Source: an uncultured Armatimonadetes bacterium (GTDB taxonomy: Bacteria; Armatimonadota; UBA5829; DTJY01). From it: a stretch of 64,000 nt of DNA. Under the pieces are notes generated by a model that did no database searches, was not told the DNA's origin, and saw only the letters and a list, made by a program, of their open reading frames with translations. Shown piece by piece: positions 40,076 through 50,176 of the stretch. The stretch's first letter is position 1, and the number at the start of each line of letters is the position of its first letter. Made by a program: the position numbers and the translations under genes. The stretch covers positions 2,976,001 through 3,040,000 of the forward strand of contig OY970325.1 in assembly GCA_963717145.1 (NCBI GenBank). The letters are read 5' to 3'.

Positions 40076-40343
40076 GATTCCGTCATGGGTATCGCACCCG
40101 GCGTTCGTTAGGTACTTGTTACGAGTGAAGGGAAGTCTCTTTGTGCGGGCGCGTGGCGAGAAAGCTGGAGAAGAAATAAGTCGCGTTATCCAACAAGCTG
40201 GAAGGGGGATGGCCTGGCCTTCAGCCTCTGCCATCCCCCTCAGGAAGACAGTAATCGCAGATCGAGCCTAGTCCAGCAAACTCCACATCAGAAAGCCGTG
40301 ACTGGCAGGTTAAGCCGTTAGAGACATGCCAAAACCTCTGTGC

Positions 40344-40700
40344 CTATTTCGGCGGTTCCAGTCCTTCTGTCTTCTCTATCAGTTTCGTGCCTACATTGAC
40401 GCCAGCGGATAGGACGCCCGTCACCTTCTCGATCGCTGTGACCCCGCTTCTCAGATCTTCAAGTGCGTCCTTTATCGATTCGTTAGCTTTGCTAACATCA
40501 CCAACAAGGCTCTTTATCTGCTGCTCGTGTTTCGAGAAGATCAGGTTGCGTCCCTTGAGATAGTTGAGATTCGCTTGTTTCCAGGCATTCACTATCTCGA
40601 GAGTTTGGGCATAGTTCGCTCTCCGCACCATATCATCTAGGTCGTCGTCAATGAGTCGGAACTGCTCGCTCAGAAGCAGGTAAACGTCTTGGTCGTTCAC
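40344..40700 (-). CDS. Hypothetical all-helical protein
   Basis: 118-aa ORF coupled to the upstream gene (GTGA overlap, purine-rich ribosome-binding site). Confidence 0.7.
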   Translation of the reverse strand: MNDQDVYLLLSEQFRLIDDDLDDMVRRANYAQTLEIVNAWKQANLNYLKGRNLIFSKHEQQIKSLVGDVSKANESIKDALEDLRSGVTAIEKVTGVLSAGVNVGTKLIEKTEGLEPPK

Positions 40701-41854
40701 GGCTGCCCTCCTTTTTGGTTTGCCCTCAAAAGCTCAGTCATAAAGTTGGCCGGCATTCCTTTGGACTCAAGCTCGTCGAGCATGATCTGCACTGTGGCCG
40801 ATTCACTCATCAGCTCCTGCATGGAAAACGGTTTTTGAGCGGCGAGTTGCTCATGAAGGACCAGGAGCTTGCCAAGTGCGCGAGAAACACCCGTGCCCGT
40901 ATCTTCTGAGAGTTCCATCAACGGGTATGCACGTGCAATTATCATTTTCATGCTACCAGCCTTCAAGCCGGGCTGTGTAAACGGCATCGTAGGCTCGGGC
41001 CAGTGCAGTTGGTATTGGCTCAAGACTCGATTCACCAGAGCCGTAGAGTCGACAGCCTCACTCTCTACAAGTTCAAGAGCTACCGACTTATAGGTGGCTG
41101 CGCGTCGACCGGCAATGCCGGAGACTTCCCTATCCTTCCCTTGACTGTCCTTCATCGTCTTGTCTCCACCATAGAGTGGCATCTCGGCATCAAAAATTTC
41201 TTTGGTCTTCTGCACTATCGGGACAAGACGACGACTCTCTCGCAGCAATTTGCGGTTATGCTGGATAGTACCTAACTCCTTGATCAGATCCTTAAACAAT
41301 CCCTGAACCACTGTGGAAATCGTTCCCGTAGGATCTGGAAGGGATAGACTGGCTGCGGAATTCGCCGCCTTGATCAGTCCACCAATGCTGTCCTCCAGTT
41401 CTTTCGTCGAGTCATAGTCCGCCAACCGTCCATAGCTAGCGTATGCACGCTCTATTTCTTTGGCAAGCCGGGCCCTAGCAGCCAATGCCCGATAGGTTAC
41501 TTGATATTCGTGCAAGATTGCCTCATCTGTTGCCGACATCGCCAAGGAAGGAGGCGTAGGTGGAGTTTGGCCGTTCTCCTTTGCTTTCTTCACCTGTTCT
41601 TCGTATTTCCGTTCAACCAGATAGGCTTCACGAAAGGCATTCAACTCGTATGTATCCAGGGTATCCTGTTGCAACAACCCATAGTACTCCGCCATCTGCT
41701 TGAAAACAGTCTCTCCACCGCTGGCTACCTTTGATGCGTCCTGACGGAGAGACTTCGTGCAGCCTGTGAGTAAGATCGCACACAGGGCAAATAGCATGAG
41801 CCCACGGAATGGCCCACTGCGTGAACCATTTGACCGAAATGAGGGGTAGAGCAT
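40697..41854 (-). CDS. Hypothetical helical lipoprotein
   Basis: GAAGGAGG ribosome-binding site; lipobox LLTG-C; lower GC than the flanks. Confidence 0.75.
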   Translation of the reverse strand: MLYPSFRSNGSRSGPFRGLMLFALCAILLTGCTKSLRQDASKVASGGETVFKQMAEYYGLLQQDTLDTYELNAFREAYLVERKYEEQVKKAKENGQTPPTPPSLAMSATDEAILHEYQVTYRALAARARLAKEIERAYASYGRLADYDSTKELEDSIGGLIKAANSAASLSLPDPTGTISTVVQGLFKDLIKELGTIQHNRKLLRESRRLVPIVQKTKEIFDAEMPLYGGDKTMKDSQGKDREVSGIAGRRAATYKSVALELVESEAVDSTALVNRVLSQYQLHWPEPTMPFTQPGLKAGSMKMIIARAYPLMELSEDTGTGVSRALGKLLVLHEQLAAQKPFSMQELMSESATVQIMLDELESKGMPANFMTELLRANQKGGQP

Positions 41855-41935
41855 GCAGTCCTCCTTCAAAGCGTCACTTTTCCACTAATGGCTTAACCCA
41901 ACTAGCCTTGAAAGCTTGGCTGGATTAGCATCGGG

Positions 41936-41964
41936 ATTATAACAATATCCGGAGAGGCTGTCAA
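41936..41964 (-). promoter_or_regulatory. Consensus sigma70 promoter
   Basis: Minus strand TTGACA-17 nt-TATAAT, 82 nt upstream of the lipoprotein ATG. Confidence 0.8.
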
Positions 41965-41974
41965 TGGGTAAGTT

Positions 41975-42325
41975 CAGGGCAATCGCACATTGACGTGCAT
42001 GCGGTATTGTCACGATTAATGAGATTATTGCTGCACGAACCTTTGGGATAAAGCCTCGAGCTGGTGAATAGCACTTTCACCAGGAGGTCACCATGGGCGG
42101 TTACGCAGGGTTCTTCGCACACTTTGGCATCGAGCCTGATCCAAGAGGAGAGCGGGGTATGAAACAGAAGCTGTTAGATGTGCTCTTCATCGCATTGTGC
42201 ACGGTTCTCTCGGGCGGTGAAGGGTTTACGGATATGCATCTATTTGCGAAGTCGCGTGAGGAATGGCTGAGGAAGCATATCCAACTGCCTGGAGGCATAC
42301 CCTCGCACGACACGTTCCGAGGAGT
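41975..42325 (+). pseudogene. Truncated ISAs1-family element (left end + transposase N-terminus)
   Basis: CAGGGC end; DPR..LLDVLFIALCTVLSGGEGFTDM..F...GGIPSHDTFR, after which homology is lost. Confidence 0.8.
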
Positions 42326-42470
42326 GCCTTCGATCACTGTCAGCAACGAGCGCTCGCCCTGGGTACGTTGGTTCAGACCTAAGCGTATGGCCATGACTTG
42401 CAGCCATGGTTTAGGCCGTGATCTGCGGCCAGCGAGTGAGCGATTCCGTGGGGAAAAGGTGTCGGGTCGC

Positions 42471-42610
42471 CTATTCCAACGGATCCTCGAGCACCCACTG
42501 CTTGCCTTCGACCATCGGGGTGCGGTAGGTGTGCTCGATGCGGCCGGTCTTCTCGAGGTGGTCCATGCACTTCCTCAGGCAGCCCCGACCGCCGCAGATC
42601 GTGTGGTGGC
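42471..42610 (-). repeat. 140-bp imperfect direct copy of 43521-43660 (3' end of the QueG-like gene)
   Basis: About 5 substitutions between copies; includes the stop codon. Confidence 0.92.
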
Positions 42611-42680
42611 AGCCTGGAATTGATCGGATAGCTGCGTCACAGCCTCACCGATGATAGAGACGTATGGCGCATGCGGGCGC

Positions 42681-43310
42681 TCAGGATGTTACATTCGCGA
42701 AGGCGCGGTAATACTTGACCCGGAACTTAGGAAGCTCCAATATCCCCTGTATCTCTTCCGGTAGAAATTCATGGTCGCCGTAGTCTGCCGGATGTTCCTG
42801 CATCCACTTCGCCTGATCCCGGTCGATCGGCGCAGTGAAGTAGGCATCGGCTATGCCGTGGTCTATGTGTGACACCTCGGCGTCTGAGGTCGCGGACATT
42901 CCGAGCGGATAGAGCCGGAGCAGCCGTCTGTCCTTCCCTGACCAATATGCAAGGGGACGGATATCCGCGGTGCAGTCATCCATGCCCCAGTACGAGATGA
43001 GTTCCTCGATTCTCGGATACAGCATCCTGTAGTCCATGTCGATGGAAGCGAGCAGATGTGCTCGGACGACACCCCCACCGATATCATACCCGGCGAATAT
43101 CGGCTGCTCGGTGCAATCCTTCTGGAAACCTGCCATGCATTGCATTGCCAGCCAACCGGCCCACGGCAGCCCCTTAGCGGCGGCGTGATCGTACAGAGTG
43201 CGATATTCAAACTCGAAGACGGTTGAGCGGAAGACCTCATTCGTGTCGACGTCCAGCTCAATGGGCACAAGCTCCGAGAGGGAGATGTTAACGACCGGCC
43301 ATTGTGGCAT
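42681..43310 (-). CDS. Hypothetical protein
   Basis: 209-aa ORF with an AAGGAGG ribosome-binding site; no family recognised. Confidence 0.65.
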   Translation of the reverse strand: MPQWPVVNISLSELVPIELDVDTNEVFRSTVFEFEYRTLYDHAAAKGLPWAGWLAMQCMAGFQKDCTEQPIFAGYDIGGGVVRAHLLASIDMDYRMLYPRIEELISYWGMDDCTADIRPLAYWSGKDRRLLRLYPLGMSATSDAEVSHIDHGIADAYFTAPIDRDQAKWMQEHPADYGDHEFLPEEIQGILELPKFRVKYYRAFANVTS

Positions 43311-43520
43311 CCGATACGCCTCCTTTGCCGTGGGTGATATCCAAAGTATTCTAGCGATATTACTTCAAGTATTCAAGGACAGAGTTCCACTACTCCATCA
43401 CACGATCCTCCCCAAGGTAGGACTCCGACCGGCTGGGAAACAAGATCATGAGCGCGAACAAAGCGGAAGGCTTGGGCGCGTGGCAGTCCGGTCGGTGATT
43501 GCTGTGATGCGAACAAGGGG

Positions 43521-44423
43521 CTATTCCAGCGGATCCTCGAGCACCCACTGCTTGCCTTCGACCATCGGGGTGCGGTAGATGTGCTCGATGCGGCCGGTCT
43601 TCTCCAGGTGGTCCATGCACTTCCTCAGGCAGCCGCGACCGCCGCAGATCGTGCGGTGGCGGAAGCGGTGATCGAGGAACTTGTAGTACGGGGGCGGGTT
43701 CTCCTGGCTGGAGTCCGGCTCGAGGAACGGCGAATACTTCGGGTCCCAGCCCAGATGCGGATACCAGCACTTCCCGCAATCGAGTGGCGCGTGGCTGAAT
43801 ACCCGATCCTCGATGGTGAACTCGACGCTGCGCTCGGTCGGGATCGCGTCGGCGGGACACGCCCTCGCGCATTCGCCGCAGTTGTCGCATACGCTCCCTC
43901 GGAAGAGCGGATCGGGTTCGAGCGCCGCGTCGGTGAGGACGGCGAATATCCGCTGGCGCGGCCCGAACTGCGGTGTGAGGAGCAGCTTGCTCAGCCCGAG
44001 TTCGCCGAGCCCCGCCGCACAGCCGAGGACCCGCATGCTCATCATCCCGTCCGGTCGTGTACCGCCCGGGCGGACGGGCCGCCCCACGTGAGGCGTGAAT
44101 GGATTGTGGATCGGCACGGACGTGTAGCCCCGGTCCTCCAGGAAGAGGATGATCTTTCGCAGCATGTGAGGCGCGAGGATCTCGTTCAGGTACTGGTAGG
44201 AGTCGCAGTTGTACGCCTGCCAGTAGTTGCCCTCCTCGATCGTCTTGAGCGCGCCCCTGAGCATGCGACATCCGAGCACGATGGCGCTCTGTGTGCCGCC
44301 GAGGATGGTCCGTGGATGCAGATCGGGCGGCGCATTGTCGAAGCGGTCGATCGACGCGATCCCGACCAGGTCCGCGCCGGCCTCGCGAGCGACTTTCTTC
44401 ACCTCGGCGGTTAGTGTGGTCAT
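43521..44423 (-). CDS. QueG/reductive-dehalogenase-like cobalamin Fe-S protein
   Basis: GADLVGIA, AGLGELG..LLLTPQFGPRQR, CDNCGECARACPADAI. Confidence 0.8.
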   Translation of the reverse strand: MTTLTAEVKKVAREAGADLVGIASIDRFDNAPPDLHPRTILGGTQSAIVLGCRMLRGALKTIEEGNYWQAYNCDSYQYLNEILAPHMLRKIILFLEDRGYTSVPIHNPFTPHVGRPVRPGGTRPDGMMSMRVLGCAAGLGELGLSKLLLTPQFGPRQRIFAVLTDAALEPDPLFRGSVCDNCGECARACPADAIPTERSVEFTIEDRVFSHAPLDCGKCWYPHLGWDPKYSPFLEPDSSQENPPPYYKFLDHRFRHRTICGGRGCLRKCMDHLEKTGRIEHIYRTPMVEGKQWVLEDPLE

Positions 44424-44491
44424 TGTTGTTTCTCCGGGACGGGATCTATTCCCTCTCTCGTAGGGACGTGCAGAGCGATCATACGACTTGA

Positions 44492-45259
44492 TTATGCGCC
44501 TTGCTCTCCATCAAACAGCCAGCCTGTCTCATCTGAGCCAAATTGCTCGTCGATGGTCCTAGCGTTCGGCACTGAGGCATAGGTGGCGGGACTGTTGATC
44601 TTCTCGATGCGCGGATCGATCAGGCGATCCAGTTCGTCACTATCAGGCATGGACAGGCCCAGGAAGTCGAACACCTTCCGAAAGGCTTCCCGATTGTGCG
44701 CCACATCCATCGTGTACAAATCCTCATAGTACAAGGGCAGACACATGCCGGGCGGCTTCCGTGCGAGGACTCCGGCGTACAACCGCCTTCTCTCTCCTAC
44801 ACCCACGACCAGCGACCTCAAATCATCGAGATCGATTGGCTGGAGCGGCGGGTAAGCCGTCTCCGCATCACCCTTGAAGTCCCGTTTCTGCCAAAAGCCC
44901 GTCTGTTCTGCTATGAAGCCGGAAACCGTCTGCTGGAGGGTGTTCCGCCGGTAGAGAGTGATCACTTCGATGTCCGGCCTGAGCAGCAGATGTGTGTAAA
45001 GCTCCTCGGAGAGCTGGTAGTCACATACCTTGATGCCGTTGTATCTGGAGAACAATACGGCCAACTGCTCTTCCAGTGATGGGATGTCTATTATGAGATC
45101 GATATAGTCCGGTTCCCCGGGACTCCATGTGTGGTACCTGGGATGCAGGGGCTCCATTGCAATATTCAGCTCAGGGTGAAGCTGAAGCACGCGATAGAGA
45201 ATGGTGCCCCCGGTTCGGGGCTGGGCAAATATTACGATTCGATGGGAAATAGCAGTCAT
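44492..45259 (-). CDS. Sulfotransferase (Stf0-like)
   Basis: PAPS loop FAQPRTGGT; LYRRNTLQQTVS; YYEDL. Confidence 0.75.
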   Translation of the reverse strand: MTAISHRIVIFAQPRTGGTILYRVLQLHPELNIAMEPLHPRYHTWSPGEPDYIDLIIDIPSLEEQLAVLFSRYNGIKVCDYQLSEELYTHLLLRPDIEVITLYRRNTLQQTVSGFIAEQTGFWQKRDFKGDAETAYPPLQPIDLDDLRSLVVGVGERRRLYAGVLARKPPGMCLPLYYEDLYTMDVAHNREAFRKVFDFLGLSMPDSDELDRLIDPRIEKINSPATYASVPNARTIDEQFGSDETGWLFDGEQGA

Positions 45260-45362
45260 CTTTATCCTATTCTCCTCCGGGCGGGCGTTTTCCTATCGAG
45301 CGGGTGTCGATCTAGGGCGCGCTGGGTAGAATGGACACATATACCAATCTGAGGAGAGAACC

Positions 45363-45788
45363 ATGCCCATGAGATCAGCGCAAGCCGAATGGAGGGGAAA
45401 CCTCCGAGACGGCAACGGCTCGATGAAGCTCGAAGCCTGGGAAGGACCGTATTCATTCGCATCGCGTTTCGAAGAGGGAGAGGGGACGAACCCGGAGGAG
45501 TTGATCGCGGCGGCACACTCGGGATGCTTCAGCATGGCATTTGCGGGAGACCTCGGTCAGGCCGGCTACAAGCCCGTCCGCGTCCACACGACAGCGAGAG
45601 TCACGGTCGAGAAGGTTGGCGATGGATTCACGATCACGAAGAGCCACCTCACTACCGAGGCGGAAGTGCCGGACATCGACGAGGAGACGTTCCGCAAGAT
45701 TGCAGATGGAGCGAAGGCGGGATGCCCGGTATCGAGAGCCCTAGCCGGGGTGGAGATCACCATAGAAGCCAAGCTGGCGGATTCCTAA
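45363..45788 (+). CDS. osmC: OsmC peroxiredoxin
   Basis: SRFEEGEGTNPEELIAAAHSGCFSMA...AKAGCPVSRAL. Confidence 0.93.
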   Translation: MPMRSAQAEWRGNLRDGNGSMKLEAWEGPYSFASRFEEGEGTNPEELIAAAHSGCFSMAFAGDLGQAGYKPVRVHTTARVTVEKVGDGFTITKSHLTTEAEVPDIDEETFRKIADGAKAGCPVSRALAGVEITIEAKLADS

Positions 45789-45851
45789 CCACGGAGGCAC
45801 AGAGGACACGGAGAAAACCAAATCCGAAATTCGAGATGCCGCCAACGTCAT

Positions 45852-45929
45852 GGTAGGGAACGGTCGCCGTCCAGTTCCGTCGCTGTCCCAAGCGGACAGC
45901 CGCGGAACGCGACGGCGGCCGTTCCCTGC
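45852..45929. repeat. Degenerate GTAG-REP doublet
   Basis: gGTAGggaacggtcgccgtc...gacggcggccgttccctgc. Confidence 0.75.
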
Positions 45930-45992
45930 ATTTGTTATGCGAAGGGAACAGCACGCGTTCGGTCGAATAGGATGATGTGGAGGAACGGTTAT

Positions 45993-47405
45993 ATGAGCAT
46001 CACACGGCGGGACTTCATGAAGAAAGCGGCGGCTCTGTCCGCATTTGCACTTGGAGGTGAATCATTGGTAGATGCGGCACAGGATCAGAAGAAGCCGAAC
46101 ATCGTTTTCGTGTTCAGCGACCAACAGCGGTGGGACAGCGTGGGGTGCTACGGGCAGGAGCTTCCGCTCACGCCGAACCTCGACAAGATGGCGTCCGAGG
46201 GCGTGCGCTTCGAGACGGCATTCACCTGCCAGCCGGTATGCGGTCCCGCGCGGGCGGCTCTTCAGACCGGCAAGTACCCCACCGAGATGGGCTGCTTCAC
46301 GAACAACCGCGCGCTTCCGCTCGACGAGAAGACCCTCGCGACCTACCTCTCCGCTCAGGGATATGAGGTCGGCTACATCGGCAAGTGGCATCTCGCCTCC
46401 TCCAAGGGCGACAACTTCCGCGAGATAGGCGTCCCTCCCGAGCGACGCGGCGGCTACAAGGACTTCTGGCTCGCGTCCGACGTGCTTGAGTTCACGTCCC
46501 ACAGCTACGACGGCCACATGCATGACGGCAGAGGCGAGAAGGTCGAGTTCCCGAAGGACCGGTATCGCGCCGACTGCCTGACCGACTATGCCGTCGATTA
46601 TCTCAGGACGCGCGACTTAGAGAAGCCGTTCTTCCTGTTCATCTCGTACATCGAGCCGCATCACCAGAACGACCATAAGGTATTCGAAGGGCCGAAGGGC
46701 TCCAAGGAGAAGTGCAAGGACTACAAGGTCCCCGGCGACCTCGTCGGCACTCAGGGCGACTGGCAGGAGAACTACCCCGACTACCTCGGATGCATCAACA
46801 GCCTCGACCGCAACCTCGGCCGAATCCGTGAGGAGTTGGAGAAGCGCGGACTCGCCGACAACACGCTCGTCATCTACACGAGCGACCACGCCTGCCACTT
46901 CCGGACGCGGAACGGCGAGTACAAGCGCGCCTGCCACGACGACTCGATCCGCATCCCGATGATCGCCTGCGGTCCGGGGTTCGAGGGCGGCAAGGTCGTC
47001 CAGGGACTCGCGAGCCTGATCGACATGCCGCCGACGATCTTGGCAGCGGCGGGAGTGAAGCCTCCATCGCTCATGAGGGGCCATCCGCTGCAGGACCTCG
47101 TCGCCGGGAAGGACTGGCCGGAGGAAGTCTTCGTCCAGATCAGCGAGGCACAGGTCGGGCGGGCGATTCGGACGAAGAAGTGGAAGTACTCCGTCTATGC
47201 GCCGGACAAGAGTGGCGGCAAGGACCCGGGCAGCGATGTCTATGTCGAGGAGTACCTCTACGACCTCGAGAAGGACCCGTTCGAGAAGAACAGCCTGGTG
47301 AGCGACCCGGCCGTCGCCGACGTGAGGAAGGACCTCGCGGCCATCCTCAAGCGGCGGATGGTCGCTGTCGGCGAGAAGGAACCGGTCATCAACCCAGCGC
47401 CGTAG
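45993..47405 (+). CDS. Tat-exported formylglycine-type sulfatase
   Basis: TRRDFMKK signal; PNIVFVFSDQQR; CGPARAALQTG; GKWHL. Confidence 0.92.
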   Translation: MSITRRDFMKKAAALSAFALGGESLVDAAQDQKKPNIVFVFSDQQRWDSVGCYGQELPLTPNLDKMASEGVRFETAFTCQPVCGPARAALQTGKYPTEMGCFTNNRALPLDEKTLATYLSAQGYEVGYIGKWHLASSKGDNFREIGVPPERRGGYKDFWLASDVLEFTSHSYDGHMHDGRGEKVEFPKDRYRADCLTDYAVDYLRTRDLEKPFFLFISYIEPHHQNDHKVFEGPKGSKEKCKDYKVPGDLVGTQGDWQENYPDYLGCINSLDRNLGRIREELEKRGLADNTLVIYTSDHACHFRTRNGEYKRACHDDSIRIPMIACGPGFEGGKVVQGLASLIDMPPTILAAAGVKPPSLMRGHPLQDLVAGKDWPEEVFVQISEAQVGRAIRTKKWKYSVYAPDKSGGKDPGSDVYVEEYLYDLEKDPFEKNSLVSDPAVADVRKDLAAILKRRMVAVGEKEPVINPAP

Positions 47406-47538
47406 GGGCGGTGCTTCTACGCCCGCCCGCCTTCGGTGTAGTGGCCGTGCCTCCGTGCCGGCCTTACGGTGGGCTGGCCGGCACGGAGGCACGGCCACTA
47501 CGACGCGAAACGGGAGGCCGTTGAAGGCCTCCCCTACG
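47401..47538. repeat. Nested REP composite: family B, family C doublet, inverted family A
   Basis: Arms match 35299-35510 and 22825-22895. Confidence 0.9.
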
Positions 47539-47543
47539 GAACC

Positions 47544-50142
47544 ATGCCAGACGATCTGCGCACTACTCTGCAATCATCATTCGGATTCGAGAGCTTCCGT
47601 CCGGGACAGGAGGAGGCGATCGAACACCTGCTCGCGGGCAGGCACACGGTTGTCGTGATGCCGACCGGCGCGGGGAAATCGCTCGTCTACCAACTCGCAT
47701 CCCTGTGCGTCCCCACGACGACGCTCGTGATCTCGCCGCTGATCTCCCTGATGCGCGACCAGGTGACCGCCCTCAACAAGCGCGGAATCCATTCCACGTT
47801 CATCAACAGCACGGTTTCCGCCGACAACCAACTCCAAAGGACTCGCAATATGGAAGCCGGGCGATACAGACTCGTCTACGTCGCCCCGGAACGGCTGAGG
47901 AGCGTCAAGTTCCGCGAGGCGCTCGCCCGCACGCCGATCGGGCTGCTGGCGGTTGACGAAGCCCACTGCATCTCCCACTGGGGGCACGATTTCCGGCCCG
48001 ACTACCTGCAGATCGGCCCCGCCCGCGCCTTGATGAACAATCCCACGACCGTCGCACTCACTGCAACCGCGACTCCAGATGTGCAGAAGGACATCGCGCG
48101 CGTGCTCGGCCTCAAGCCGTGCAAGCTGGTGGTCACCGGGTTCAACCGCCCGAACCTCTTCTTCGAGGTCCGCTATGCCCCCGATGCCGAAGCCAAGCTG
48201 AGGGTGATCTACGAGCTGTTCGCGGAGTGTGAGGATCAGTGCGCAATCGTATATGCGGGCACAAGGCGGGATTCCGAGGAACTGGCTGAGTTCATCTCCG
48301 CGACCGCCAAGATCGACGCCAGGTATTACCACGGCGGTATGGCCGCTGATCTGCGGTCGGAGGTCCAGGACGCATTCATCAACCGACGGCTTCAGGTCAC
48401 GGTCGCCACGAACGCGTTCGGGATGGGGATCGATCGGCCCGACGTGCGGATGGTGATCCACCATTCGATCCCCGGAACGCTGGAGGCATACTACCAGGAA
48501 GCCGGTCGCGCCGGACGAGACGGAGAACCCGCGCGGGCGGTCCTGATCTACTCGCCGAAGGATCGGTCACTCCAGGAATGGTTCATCGAGAACAGCACCC
48601 CGAGTTGGGATGAGCTGTCTGTGGTGTACGGCGCGGCTCTCTCCGCAACTGCGTCCGACGGATGGATAGCGAGTGAGGATATCTCGCTCAAGACGGGGCT
48701 GCATGACGTGAGCGTCAGAATCGCGCTGGCTCAGCTCGAATCCGCCGGGATCGTCGATCATCTTGGAGATTCGGGCCTACGGATGCTGCTGAGGTGCAAC
48801 GAATGGGATGACAAGGCCCTGCGGACCGTGGACAACGCCGCGAACGAGCGGAAGAGGCTCCGGATGAAGCAACTCGCCGAGATGGTGTCGTACGCCGAAT
48901 CGGGTCAGTGCAGGAGGCGGATACTGCTCGGGCACTTCGGCGATACCGGGCCGGCGGATGCCCTCTCGTGCTGCGATAACTGCGCGGGGAGAGAGACTGA
49001 GCAACCGGCGGATTCGAGTATGAGTATGAGTAGGAGTATGAGTACGAGCGGTGAGATGGACGTGGCCATGACGATCCTCGATACGGTCCGGCTCGCGAAG
49101 TACGACCTGGGGCGTTCGAAGCTTGCGCAGGTGCTCTGGGGCGCGAAACGAGCCGATCTGAGACAATTCAGCCACGACAGCAATCCGCACTATGGGAAAC
49201 TCTCGGGCTTCTCGCAGGGAATGATCAGGGATCTGATAGATGAGTTGGTGTCGAAGGGATACATTCGGATGATCGGCGGCGCGCTCCCGGTGCTCCAACT
49301 CACACCACTGGGGATCACAGCCCTGAAGGAGCGGCGGGCGATCAGCTTGAACGTGCCCCTGCCCCGGCCGCCGAAACCCGCCAGGCCGAGACCCGTCTCG
49401 GGCGGCGAGCCAGATACCATCTCAGTCACGGAGGAGATGCTCCAACAGGGGATGACCCCGCCGCAGATCGCCGAGCTTCGGGCGCTGACGGTCGACACGA
49501 TACTCAGCCACTGCGCGAAACTGATCGCGTCAGGCACGGTGGAAACCTGCGATGTCATTCCGACCGACATCGAGGCAGAGATACGCGCCGCAATCGCAGA
49601 GGTGGGCGGCGTAGACCGAATCGCTCCGATCAAGCTCCTGCTCCCCGAATCGGTGAGCTACGGCGAGATCCGGTGTGTGGTCGAAGCATGGAAGACGGAG
49701 CATGGGATCATTGACGAATCAGCGCTGCTCAAGCGCATAGTGCAATGGGGCGAAGAGCGGTCATCAGATTCAGTACCGGAGCTGATCCAGGCACTGGCGA
49801 GCTCGGGCGGGAACGTGCGGAGACTGGCGGCCTCTCGCTCTCGGCAAGATCGGGGACCCCTCGGCGGTGGAGCCGCTGATTGCGCTGTTGAAAACGGAAT
49901 CTCACCCGCAGGTACGCCAGTATGCCATCAAGGCTCTCGGACGCATCGGTGATCCACGCGCGAAGCCCATTCTCGAGAAGATCGTCTCGGACACGGATGA
50001 ACCCCCGTACATCCAGGTATCGGCCAGCGAGGCACTTCACCTCATCTTGAAGGCGGCCTTCTCACGGCCCCAGACCTGTTCCAGCAACGCGGTCAGAGAG
50101 GCCGGACGCATCAGACCGATCAGACCGATCCGACGGATCTGA
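47544..50142 (+). CDS. recQ: RecQ helicase with RQC, helicase-HTH and C-terminal HEAT repeats (indel near 49835)
   Basis: MPTGAGKS, DEAHCISHWGHDFRP, TATAT, FGMGIDRPDVR, QEAGRAGRDG, CCDNC; HEAT-like VRRLAA...VRQYAIKALGRIGD. Confidence 0.9.
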
Positions 50143-50176
50143 CGGATCTGACGGATCTGATGCGACGCCCGACCCG

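Noticed and set aside
42325-42623. C-terminal half of the 176-aa ORF as real protein
   Set aside because: It is read-through from the truncated ISAs1 into unrelated DNA and the antisense strand of the duplicated gene end.
43521-44423. True queG or a respiratory reductive dehalogenase
   Set aside because: There is no Tat signal or rdhB anchor, and only the general cobalamin/Fe-S family motifs are visible, so no gene symbol is given.
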